Shown here one piece after another: positions 8,400 through 17,046 of a stretch of DNA of 64,000 nucleotides; position 1 is the first letter of the stretch, and each line of letters opens with the position of its first letter. Below the pieces are notes generated by a model, which saw only the letters and a program-made list of their open reading frames with translations, was not told the origin of the DNA and searched no databases. Origin of the DNA: Candidatus Poribacteria bacterium (GTDB taxonomy: Bacteria > Poribacteria > WGA-4E > WGA-3G); NCBI GenBank assembly GCA_022827885.1, contig JAJEIP010000008.1:768-64767 (forward strand), written 5' to 3'. The translations under genes were made by a program, and so were the position numbers.

Positions 8400-9263
8400 T
8401 CAGTTGGAAATGATACCTTTTTCTTCCAGCCATACCTTCAGAGGCACGTCTCCATCTTTGGGTGAAAAATGCCCATTTGCGTTGGTACCACCCCCAAGTA
8501 ACTGCTGTCGAATCGGATCATTCCGCTCAAACATCTCTGAGGGTATGGTCATATCGTCCTTACTCCGTAGCCATCGGTAGCCGTATCCGTAAAAAAGTCC
8601 CTTTCGGGTGATGTCTGAATCGTTTTCGCTGCGGGCATGCCATATCCGTCGATCGAAAAAGACTGCGTCCCCGGGCTTGCAGCAGACGGGCGTTGCCCTG
8701 TCTGGCATCGAACCGTCTTCGGGTCGATCGAGTTTATCCCAGAGATGGCTTCCCGGTATGACATAAAAATTGCCGCGCCCTACTTCAGAGCAGTCGGATA
8801 ACCAATAAACGACTTTTATGGAAAGACGGGGGCGCGGTGAACTTTCTATCTCAAAGTTAACGCGTCCACTGTCCTGATGCCAGCCAAGTGGGCCCGGCTT
8901 ACCGCGAACCGCATCTGGGCGCGGCGGTGTGATGATGAAATGGCTGTGATAGGAGTAAATATTCCATCCCAAGATTCCCCAGACCTTCGGGAACGTTTTA
9001 TACCAATCCAAAATATTCACGAAAGCTTGGTCTGTGCCGAGAAAATTCGGATAGAAGAAATTGTTATGCGCAGTGAGTTGGCTCTTGCTGTATGGATCGT
9101 AACCCGCGTCAAGATGGTTTTGGTAGATGTCGTCTACCTTTGTCTCAAGCCGTTCGACGAGATCTGGCGGGAGCGCGTCTTCGACGGTAAAATACCCGTT
9201 TTCATTCAACTCGCGAAGTTGTTCGTTAGTAATCTGATGTTGTAGATGGCGTTCGTCAAGCAT
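8400..9263 (-). CDS. Phytanoyl-CoA dioxygenase (PhyH) family Fe(II)/2-oxoglutarate oxygenase
   Basis: 287 aa with GWHQDSG and GDAVFFDRRIWHARSEN, giving the HxD...H facial triad spacing typical of PhyH. Confidence 0.7.
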   Translation of the reverse strand: MLDERHLQHQITNEQLRELNENGYFTVEDALPPDLVERLETKVDDIYQNHLDAGYDPYSKSQLTAHNNFFYPNFLGTDQAFVNILDWYKTFPKVWGILGWNIYSYHSHFIITPPRPDAVRGKPGPLGWHQDSGRVNFEIESSPRPRLSIKVVYWLSDCSEVGRGNFYVIPGSHLWDKLDRPEDGSMPDRATPVCCKPGDAVFFDRRIWHARSENDSDITRKGLFYGYGYRWLRSKDDMTIPSEMFERNDPIRQQLLGGGTNANGHFSPKDGDVPLKVWLEEKGIISN

Positions 9264-9308
9264 AGGTTAAATCTCCACTGTGTGATGTTTTCCAAGGACA
9301 CGAATCGG

Positions 9309-10262
9309 TTAGTCCGGTAGCGGACCCTCTATCTGGTCAACAAAACGAATAGAATTTATAACATCACGGAGGTCTGTGAGCGGGACTTGCCGGTTACGGA
9401 CGCACTCCACGAAATGGCGATGCATTGTTAGTACGCCTTCATAGTTCGGTGTATCGCGCTGGTCCACACCGTCAACTTCCCAACCTCCCATAACACTTCT
9501 GTTGTTGTCCTCATAAATTTCGATTTCTTCTGGGATTTTCATGTAACAGCCGATGCCGACACCGTGCAATTCAGAGCGTAGCACGCGTCCCCCAGACGCA
9601 CGACTCCCAAAAAGCACACCTGTGACGTTGTTATCGAACCGGACGAAGGCGGTGTAGAAGTTGCGTTGTTCGGCATCGAATGTATCGCGATGCGCCGTAA
9701 CTTCCACGGGTTCACCCCCTGCCATATAGCGGAGGAGATCGACCACGTGGCAGACATCGTTCCAAAGTGTTGTCGTAAATTCTCGGTTTCCGCCGAGCAT
9801 TTGTTTGTTAAAGGTGGTAACGGCTAACGTAACGGGCCCCTTTTCTGCGACGCGGCGCATCGCTTCGCGTGTAACAGCGGCATATCTCCGCTGAAACCCG
9901 ACCATTCAATAGACATCGTTGGCGACTGCTGCCTCAAGGAGTTGTTGCGTTTCATCGCTATTCGCACCGGGTGGTTTTTCGATGAACAGGTGCTTGCCGG
10001 CGTTGAGGCAATCCAGAGCGGGTTGTAAAATCCACTTCTCGTTCATCACACAATAAACGACATCTAAGTCTAAGGTGTCCAGCATCTTCCGGTGGTCTGT
10101 GAAGGTGTGCGGAAACTCGTATTTCTGGGCAACTTGTGCGAGTTTCTCTTCGTCGAGTTCACAGGCGCCAAGCATCTCGACATCATCTTCCAGTCGATTC
10201 ACGTTTGGATAATGCGCGCCTTGACTGCGTCCCCCTGCACCGATAAATCCTGCTTTAAGCAT
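9309..10262 (-). CDS. Gfo/Idh/MocA family oxidoreductase interrupted by in-frame TGA (9906-9908); pseudogene or recoded
   Basis: N-terminal half: GFIGAGGRSQ Rossmann fold plus the FIEKPP motif. C-terminal half starts MVGFQRRY (the canonical MVGFNRRF). The two ORFs are contiguous and in frame across ...NDVY[TGA]MVGF... Confidence 0.6.
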
Positions 10263-10508
10263 TATGACCTTTCTCCTTCGTCTCCGTGTTCGTTAAATTT
10301 TTGTGTGTCAGAATATCCTTACTTTAGCATAAGACCCAATCGAATGCAAGAAAATTCTTTAAACGTGAGGTGTTGGGCGCGTGTCATCGAAAAGTTTGAT
10401 TTTCGCAATCTTTTGTGCTATTCTTAAACTATATTCGTCTTCAAGTCGTTAAGACCTTTCTCTGTTCGCAGAGTCGTTTGAGATAAATTAATTGATAAGG
10501 AGAGCATC

Positions 10509-11327
10509 ATGTCAGTTTTTGACGCAGAAGCCTTAGAATTTTGGGAAGAGAATGGTTACGTCGTTGTGCCAGAGGCGGTGCCACTTGAGAATTGCCGTGC
10601 CGCGGAACAGGCAGTCTGGGATTTTCTGGAAATGGACCGCGAGGAGCCGGACAGTTGGTATCCCGATCCACCGCGTCGGAGCATTATGGTGGAAATTTAT
10701 CAACACCAAGCGTTATGGGATAACCGTCAGTATCCGCGCGTGCATCAGGCGTTCTCTGAGATTTGGGAAACGGAGAAACTCTGGGTGAGTTTTGATCGGG
10801 CGAGTATGAACCCACCTGAACGTCCAGATTATACGTTCACCGGTCCGTTTTTGCATTGGGATATGTCGTTAGACGATATGCCGGTGCGCTTAAAGGTGCA
10901 AGGTGTTTTGTATTTGGCGGATACCCCTGGGAATCAGGGCGCGTTCACCTGTATTCCGGGTTTCCATCGGAAATTGGAAAAATGGTTGAACGATTTACCT
11001 GATGACGCGAATCCGCGAGAAGTCGTGCGAGACTACCAAGCGGAGGCGGTGCCAGTCGCGGGGAAAGCCGGAGACTTGGTTATCTGGCATAGCGCATTGC
11101 CGCACGGCAGCAGCCCAAATTCCGCTGAGCGTCCCCGAATGGCGCAATACATCACGATGTCGCCAGCACCGGAGAATGGCAATGCTGCGTCCCGAATTGA
11201 AGGATGGCGTGAACGCCTAACGGGCCTCGGAAGAGAGACAAAAGAGAAAGAGCATTACCAGGGTAAGACAGCCGAGTTGACCCCGTTAGGGGAAAAGCTG
11301 CTTGGGCTTGAATCGTGGCATGCTTAA
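10509..11327 (+). CDS. Phytanoyl-CoA dioxygenase (PhyH) family oxygenase
   Basis: 272 aa with LHWDM and GDLVIWHSALPHGSSPN. SD TAAGGAG lies upstream of the ATG. Confidence 0.7.
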   Translation: MSVFDAEALEFWEENGYVVVPEAVPLENCRAAEQAVWDFLEMDREEPDSWYPDPPRRSIMVEIYQHQALWDNRQYPRVHQAFSEIWETEKLWVSFDRASMNPPERPDYTFTGPFLHWDMSLDDMPVRLKVQGVLYLADTPGNQGAFTCIPGFHRKLEKWLNDLPDDANPREVVRDYQAEAVPVAGKAGDLVIWHSALPHGSSPNSAERPRMAQYITMSPAPENGNAASRIEGWRERLTGLGRETKEKEHYQGKTAELTPLGEKLLGLESWHA

Positions 11328-11456
11328 ATACAGTAAAGGCTTTCACCGAACCATAGATGTCAATTTAGGGGTTCCCTACAATTTTGCTAATGGATAGGGT
11401 GGGTTTCTATACCCACCTCACTGATGTGCAGCTGGTGCATAACGGAGGTTCCGCTC

Positions 11457-12755
11457 ATGACGGATTTGTTAGCAGCACGCGCACAGATGGCGATGTCACT
11501 CGCGTTTCATATTATCTTTGCTGTCATCGGTATAGCAATGCCGTTGCTGATGGTAATTGCCGAGGGGTTATGGCTGAGAACGCGAGAAGAGGTGTACCTG
11601 ACGCTTGCGAAGCGGTGGGCAAAAGGCACTGCGATTATGTTCGCTGTTGGGGCAGTCTCTGGCACTGTCTTGTCTTTCGAGCTCGGTTTGTTGTGGCCGA
11701 ATTTCATGGCTTACGCCGGCCCGATTATCGGCATGCCGTTCTCGTTGGAGGGGTTTGCGTTTTTCCTTGAGGCAATCTTCTTGGGGCTTTACCTCTACGG
11801 TTGGGACCGCATCCCAAAATACGCACACTGGTTCGCGGGTGTGATGGTGCTGCTCGGCGGCACTTTGTCCGGCATTTTCGTTGTCACCGCCAATGCTTGG
11901 ATGAACACGCCTACCGGATTTTCGGTTGTGAATGGGGAAGTAACAAACGTCGATCCGATTGCGGCGATGTTAAATCCCTCTTCGTTCAGTCAAACACTTC
12001 ACATGACCATCGCTGCGTTTCTGACGGTCGGGTTCGCTGTGGCGGGTATCCACGCCTATTTTCTGCGGCGCGACCCAAATAACCTTTTCCATCGCCGAGC
12101 GTTCGCTATTGCCTTGAGTGTCGGGGGTGTGTTCGCGCTTCTTCAGCCGATTTCGGGAGACATCAGTGCCAAAAAGGTTGCGAAGTATCAGCCTATCAAA
12201 CTCGCAGCGATGGAGGCACAGTGGGAAACGGAACGCGGCGCGCCCCTACGCATCGGTGGTATTCCTAACGAAGATACTGAAGAGACCCGATATGCGCTTG
12301 AGATACCGAAGGCACTCAGTTTCCTCGCGCATTCTGACTTCAACGCTGAGATTATGGGACTCAAGGCGGTGCCACGCGAAGATCGTCCACCTGTGGCAAT
12401 CGTTCATTTCGCATTTCAGATTATGGTAGCGTGTGGAATTGTGTTGATTGCCGCGGGTGTTCTCGGGGGTTGGCTCGCGTGGAAGCACAAAAGTTTGCCA
12501 ACCCAACGCTGGTACCTTCGGCTTATTACATGTTGCGCACCCCTTGGATTTATTGCTATTGAAGCGGGGTGGACGGTCACGGAAGTCGGGCGACAGCCGT
12601 GGATTATCTATAATTATATGCGCACTGCAGAGGCGGTAACTCCAATGCCGAATCTTGTTGTGCCTTTTATCGGTTTTACGGTGCTTTACATTTTCCTCTC
12701 AATTATTGTCGTTATCCTATTGCGTCGTCAGATATTCCAGAGTCCGCGCTTGTAA
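11457..12755 (+). CDS. cydA: Cytochrome bd ubiquinol oxidase subunit I
   Basis: MTDLLAARAQMAMSLAFHIIFAVIG..., FFLEAIFLGLYLYGW, ANAWMNTPTG and a Q-loop (AMEAQWETERGAPL). GGAGG lies 8 nt before ATG 11457; the ORF track starts at 11424. Confidence 0.9.
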   Translation: MTDLLAARAQMAMSLAFHIIFAVIGIAMPLLMVIAEGLWLRTREEVYLTLAKRWAKGTAIMFAVGAVSGTVLSFELGLLWPNFMAYAGPIIGMPFSLEGFAFFLEAIFLGLYLYGWDRIPKYAHWFAGVMVLLGGTLSGIFVVTANAWMNTPTGFSVVNGEVTNVDPIAAMLNPSSFSQTLHMTIAAFLTVGFAVAGIHAYFLRRDPNNLFHRRAFAIALSVGGVFALLQPISGDISAKKVAKYQPIKLAAMEAQWETERGAPLRIGGIPNEDTEETRYALEIPKALSFLAHSDFNAEIMGLKAVPREDRPPVAIVHFAFQIMVACGIVLIAAGVLGGWLAWKHKSLPTQRWYLRLITCCAPLGFIAIEAGWTVTEVGRQPWIIYNYMRTAEAVTPMPNLVVPFIGFTVLYIFLSIIVVILLRRQIFQSPRL

Positions 12756-12802
12756 GCAGTATTAAGAAATAATCTTCCGATTTTTCCAGAGGTCTCGAAA
12801 CC

Positions 12803-12825
12803 GTAGGGGCGGGGTTTCCCCGCCC
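12803..12825 (+). repeat. REP-like GTAG hairpin (GTAGGGGCGGGGTTTCCCCGCCC) in the cydA-cydB spacer
   Basis: GTAG followed by the GGGGCGGGG/CCCCGCCC stem with a TTT loop. Confidence 0.7.
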
Positions 12826-12873
12826 GCCACCAACTTCCGTTAATTGTAGATTTTGCTGTAATGGAGAAACCTG

Positions 12874-13932
12874 ATGTTAAGCCTTGAATTCTGCATCGCC
12901 TGCGTGATGCTTATTTCTCTGATTATCTATATGTTGACAGGTGGCGCGGATTTTGGTGGCGGCATTTGGGATCTGTTCGCGACGGGTCCACGTGCGAAGG
13001 CACAACGGTCGCTTATCTCAGAGGCTATCGGACCGATCTGGGAGGCGAACCACGTCTGGTTGATTGTGATTGTCGTTCTGCTTTTCGTGGCGTTTCCTGT
13101 CGCATTCGCAGCGATTAGCACGGCTTTGCATATTCCACTGACACTAATGCTCATCGGTATTGTGCTTCGTGGCACGGCGTTTGTCTTTCGCACCTATGAT
13201 GTCCAATCGGATACAACACACCGTCGTTGGAGTCGAATATTCGCCGTTGCGAGTGTCATCACGCCTGTAATGTTAGGGGTTACGTTAGGCGCGGTCGCCT
13301 CCGGCACGATTCATGTTAACGTGGAAAGCGGACAGGTAGAGACGGATTTCATCTCGGCGTGGTTTGCACCGTTCCCGTTTGCAATCGGTTTTTTCACCTT
13401 AACACTGTGTGCCTTGCTTGCGGCGGTGTATCTCACGCTTGAGACTGAAGATCCGGCATTGCGGACGGATTTTCGACGACGTGCTCTCATCGCGGCGGTG
13501 AGTGTTGGCGCGATGGCGGGACTGAGTTTTGTCTTATCTGCTGACGGAGCACCCGCGATTCGACGGGGTCTCAGTAATGCTCCGTGGTCGATTCCGTTTC
13601 ACATCTTGACGGGTGCGGTGGCTCTATGGGCGATCTGGACGGTTTGGAAACGTCAATTTCGGCTGGCGCGCATCCTCGTTCCGATACAGGTTACGCTCAT
13701 CGTTTTCGGTTGGGGGCTGGCACAGTATCCGTATCTCATCACGCCAGACTTAACCTTTTCAAATACTGCTGCCCCGGATGCCGTGCTGCGTCCGTTGCTG
13801 ATTGTGTTAGGGGCGGGTGGTGTTTTGTTAGTGCCTGCATTCTGGTATCTCTACGCCGTGTTTAAGGGGACAGCGCAAAGGACAAGGCGAACTGAAGAGG
13901 AGAGTAATGCGTATCAAGACAACTCGGCGTGA
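12874..13932 (+). CDS. cydB: Cytochrome bd ubiquinol oxidase subunit II
   Basis: 352-aa polytopic protein directly downstream of cydA with GGADFGGGIWDL, the typical CydB N-terminal motif. Confidence 0.85.
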   Translation: MLSLEFCIACVMLISLIIYMLTGGADFGGGIWDLFATGPRAKAQRSLISEAIGPIWEANHVWLIVIVVLLFVAFPVAFAAISTALHIPLTLMLIGIVLRGTAFVFRTYDVQSDTTHRRWSRIFAVASVITPVMLGVTLGAVASGTIHVNVESGQVETDFISAWFAPFPFAIGFFTLTLCALLAAVYLTLETEDPALRTDFRRRALIAAVSVGAMAGLSFVLSADGAPAIRRGLSNAPWSIPFHILTGAVALWAIWTVWKRQFRLARILVPIQVTLIVFGWGLAQYPYLITPDLTFSNTAAPDAVLRPLLIVLGAGGVLLVPAFWYLYAVFKGTAQRTRRTEEESNAYQDNSA

Positions 13933-13984
13933 ATCCTTCGTTTTTCCTTGAGCTTCCCTTATTTTTTGCATTTTCTTTAACCTT

Positions 13985-14416
13985 ATGTGCAACACAATCA
14001 TTTACAGACATTGGCAACCGGGTGATGATGCTGTCTTAGCGTTTCTGCCGAATACCAATGAAGATTGGTATCGACATAAATTTGACGATGAGGACCTCGA
14101 ACCTGAAGGGATTCGCTTGGCATTCCTCAATGAACGGATTGTTGGACATGTAATGGGTGAACGCACGACACTCTTTATTGAAGGAAAGGTCCAGAAATTC
14201 GGAGAGGTTACGGATGTCTTTGTTGCCCCGGACATGCGCCGACAGGGAATTGCAACCCGCTTGATGCAAGAGATGCATACCTACTTTGAGGGCAAAGGGT
14301 ATCGCGGCAGTATCCTTGACCCAGATACGGAGGCTTCTCATCAGTTATATCGGAAGGTCGGGTATCAGAAAACACCGGACGGTAATATGATTTTATTTTT
14401 TCGACAGCATATCTGA
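13985..14416 (+). CDS. GNAT family N-acetyltransferase
   Basis: 143 aa with VFVAPDMRRQGIATRLMQEM, the acetyl-CoA binding Q/RxxGxA motif. Confidence 0.7.
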   Translation: MCNTIIYRHWQPGDDAVLAFLPNTNEDWYRHKFDDEDLEPEGIRLAFLNERIVGHVMGERTTLFIEGKVQKFGEVTDVFVAPDMRRQGIATRLMQEMHTYFEGKGYRGSILDPDTEASHQLYRKVGYQKTPDGNMILFFRQHI

Positions 14417-14535
14417 ACCTTCAGCTGGTTGCTGACAACTGAATGCCTCTGCTGCGCTGTCCCTTTTCCTTGACTTCTGTCTCATTTCCTGCTAAACTTA
14501 AAGCAATTATGGGTATAATGCAAGTTGCCATCTTT

Positions 14536-14558
14536 GTAGCATAACCTGTTAGGTTGTG
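14536..14558 (+). repeat. REP-like GTAG hairpin (GTAGCATAACCTGTTAGGTTGTG)
   Basis: 8-bp stem with one G-T pair and loop GTT, upstream of the TRAP permease gene. Confidence 0.55.
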
Positions 14559-14567
14559 CCTTTAAAA

Positions 14568-14602
14568 GCGTAGATTCTCACTGCGAAGCAAGTCTACGCT
14601 AC
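14568..14602 (-). repeat. REP-like GTAG hairpin (GTAGCGTAGACTTGCTTCGCAGTGAGAATCTACGC)
   Basis: 7-bp stem GCGTAGA/TCTACGC with an 18-nt loop. GTAG prefix on the minus strand. Confidence 0.5.
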
Positions 14603-14630
14603 AAAATCCACGCAAATTTCGCTCAATGCA

Positions 14631-16703
14631 TTGAAACAGCAATCAAAAAACTACATCTTTCTTACAGTTTCGGTGCTGCTGTGCCTCTTTATCTTAGCCG
14701 AGGTCAACTATCCGCAACTGACACCGCAATCGGAGTTAGCACTCTTCGCGATGCTGGGCTTAATAGTGGTATTTCTGAGATACCCTATTCATCCACGCTT
14801 TGCGAGCAATCGTGCTTTCCAACTTTTGGATGTGTTGCTAATAAGCAGTGTGATTCTCTGTTTCGGTTATGTTTTTGTTCAGACGGAACCGGTTTTTCAG
14901 GCGTTCTGGTTAGATGGTAAGTCCCTTGGGGACCGGGCGGGGGCAGAGGTATCACTGGATTACATCATCGGCGGACTCGGACTTCTCTTAATCTTAGAGG
15001 CGACCCGCCGTTCTATTGGTGTAACACTCCCACTGCTCTCTCTCACATTTCTGCTCTATGCCGGCTTTGGACAGTTTATGCCGGATTGGCTCTTCCCGCA
15101 TCGCGGCTATTCCGTTCAACGTATCGTGAGTCAGACATTTTTACACAGTCAAGGCGCATTTGGCATCGCACTACGGGTAATGTTCACGTATGTATTTCTG
15201 TTTGTGTTGTTTGGGACGTTGTTGGAGCGGACAGGCGCAACGAATTATGTCTTGGATTTGGCAAGGCGTGTGTTCGGTTCGAGTGCGGGGGCACCTGCGA
15301 AGGTCGCTGTCCTGAGTAGCGGTATGATGGGATCGCTGTCGGGTTCCGCCGTGGCAAACACGGCAACGACTGGAACGTTCACGATTCCGTTGATGCGACG
15401 CGCCGGGTTTCAACCGGCAATCGCAGGCGGAATTGAAGCCGCTGCGAGTTCTGGTGGGGCGTTGGTTCCACCGATTATGGGTGCCGCGGCGTATATGATG
15501 CTGGAGATCGTAGAGCCTGCTGTTACATATCTGGAGATTATCAAGGCGGCACTCCTTCCAGCGATCCTTTACTACACCGGAATGCTTTGTATGGTGCACT
15601 TTGTGGCGAGGCGTAGTAGACGGACGCCGGGGGATTCCCTTCACAGTCCTGAAGAGTCGGATTTGAAGTTGGAAACCCCTCCCACACAGGAAGAAAAAGG
15701 CGGAAAACTTCTAACGCTGCAAGGCGGGATCTTTCTCGCGGCGTTTGTTACACTCATTGGCGTGCTGCTGATGGGGACTACGGCGTTCCGGGCGGTGAGT
15801 TGGAGTCTGTTGGTAGTCGTTGCGATAAGTCTGTTGGACTTCTTAATCCGCCGAATTCGTGGACGGCACTCTACGGAGGGTGCGGAGACCGCGCCTCTAC
15901 AAGCTGGCGTGGGTATTTCGGATTTACGGAAAGGGATAAACTTCTTAATATCGCCTTGTGAGCGGGCAGCACAGAGCGGTGTGTCATTGATTGCGGCTGC
16001 CGCGTGTGTCGGTATCATCTTAGGCGTGGTGACACTGACGGGCATCGGTGGCAAGTTGCCGTCGGCGATCTTACCGCTTGCGTCTACGAACCTGATGTTG
16101 GCACTGTTTTTCCTCATGATTTCAACGATTATTCTGGGGATGGGGTTGCCTTCATCGGTCTGTTATCTGCTGATGGCGATCTTAGTAGGTCCTGTGCTTC
16201 TGGACTTAGGAGTCGTTCCGCTTGCGGCGCACTTTTTCATTTTCTATTTCGGGATGATGTCGATGGTGACCCCACCTGTCGCATTGGCGGCGTATGCTGC
16301 GGCTGCCATCGCGGGTTCAGGGATCATGGCGACTGGATTCGCGGCGTTCAGGTTCGCGCTCGTCGGTTTTGCACTGCCTTACGCCTTTGTTTTGAGACCC
16401 GCGCTGCTCTGGCTCAGTGAGACTGGTGGGACACCGGGGATATGGACGGTTTTCCTGAATTTTTCACTGACGCTCATCGGGACGGTGATCTTGGCAACTG
16501 CTATCGCGGGTTATGTCTTTAACAGATTATCGCTTTGGATGCGCGGCATTCTGTTTGTTGCGGCACTCATACTCTTTTTTGCACCGACAGGTATGCAATT
16601 TGTATGGATTCATGGGATAGTAATCCTCGCAAGTATTGCCATTTTTTATTTTAATTTTACCTTAAAAAACGTAATAAGTAGTTTTGGATTTGGGGAGAAA
16701 TAA
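14631..16703 (+). CDS. TRAP transporter fused 4TM/12TM permease (TAXI-type)
   Basis: 690-aa highly hydrophobic protein. GAPAKVAVLSSGMMGSLSGSAVANTATTG and PPIMGAAAYMM are characteristic of fused DctQM-like permeases. The start codon is uncertain. Confidence 0.75.
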   Translation: MKQQSKNYIFLTVSVLLCLFILAEVNYPQLTPQSELALFAMLGLIVVFLRYPIHPRFASNRAFQLLDVLLISSVILCFGYVFVQTEPVFQAFWLDGKSLGDRAGAEVSLDYIIGGLGLLLILEATRRSIGVTLPLLSLTFLLYAGFGQFMPDWLFPHRGYSVQRIVSQTFLHSQGAFGIALRVMFTYVFLFVLFGTLLERTGATNYVLDLARRVFGSSAGAPAKVAVLSSGMMGSLSGSAVANTATTGTFTIPLMRRAGFQPAIAGGIEAAASSGGALVPPIMGAAAYMMLEIVEPAVTYLEIIKAALLPAILYYTGMLCMVHFVARRSRRTPGDSLHSPEESDLKLETPPTQEEKGGKLLTLQGGIFLAAFVTLIGVLLMGTTAFRAVSWSLLVVVAISLLDFLIRRIRGRHSTEGAETAPLQAGVGISDLRKGINFLISPCERAAQSGVSLIAAAACVGIILGVVTLTGIGGKLPSAILPLASTNLMLALFFLMISTIILGMGLPSSVCYLLMAILVGPVLLDLGVVPLAAHFFIFYFGMMSMVTPPVALAAYAAAAIAGSGIMATGFAAFRFALVGFALPYAFVLRPALLWLSETGGTPGIWTVFLNFSLTLIGTVILATAIAGYVFNRLSLWMRGILFVAALILFFAPTGMQFVWIHGIVILASIAIFYFNFTLKNVISSFGFGEK

Positions 16704-16704
16704 A

Positions 16705-16914
16705 ATGGCTGATAACGATTTTGAACGGGCAGAACAACTGGCACGAGAAGGATATAGTCTGGATGTACCTGGATTCTATCGTGAAGACAGTAATGCTGTT
16801 TTGATGAAGGGAGAATGGCTATATCTGAACGATGAACAACTTACTATTATCCACAAAATCGTTCAGCATTCCAAAGGCAATGGAAAGTCTACCGCTTTTT
16901 TCACTACTATTTAA
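16705..16914 (+). CDS. Hypothetical small protein
   Basis: 69-aa ORF from ATG 16705, preceded by GGGGAG. No recognisable motif. Confidence 0.35.
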   Translation: MADNDFERAEQLAREGYSLDVPGFYREDSNAVLMKGEWLYLNDEQLTIIHKIVQHSKGNGKSTAFFTTI

Positions 16915-16957
16915 TCCCAAAACTACTTATTGCGAAAAAAATAGCGGTTAGTAAACC

Positions 16958-17046
16958 TAGCCTGTAATGAAATGGAGGGCGGATTACGGAAAGGAATGTC
17001 AAAGATTCAGACTCGCCTGACCGATCCGCAAGGAAAAATTAAAAAA
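16958..17046 (+). repeat. Short-form leader cassette (no hairpin) upstream of the DUF3311-like/SSS genes
   Basis: TAGCCTGTAATGAAATGGAGGGCGGATTACGGAAAGGA...CCTGACCGATCCGCAAGGAAAAATTAAAAAA. The 5' end matches copy 21772-21864. Confidence 0.75.

Noticed and set aside
7272-10262. Possibility that TGA is globally reassigned (genetic code 4 or 25), which would explain the three in-frame TGAs.
   Set aside because: Many well-supported genes in the window terminate on TGA at the expected protein end, for example cydB at 13930-13932, the symporter at 18666-18668, the lipoprotein at 19675-19677 and the heptahaem cytochrome at 44201-44203. No other conserved gene is split. Local Sec recoding at the Prx sites, plus a nonsense or split event at the Gfo gene, fits better.
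11366-11379. Mini hairpin TAGGGGTTCCCTA with GTAG on the minus strand, as another REP-like copy.
   Set aside because: It has only a 5-bp stem with a 3-nt loop. That is too short to distinguish from chance, so it is left out of the family list.
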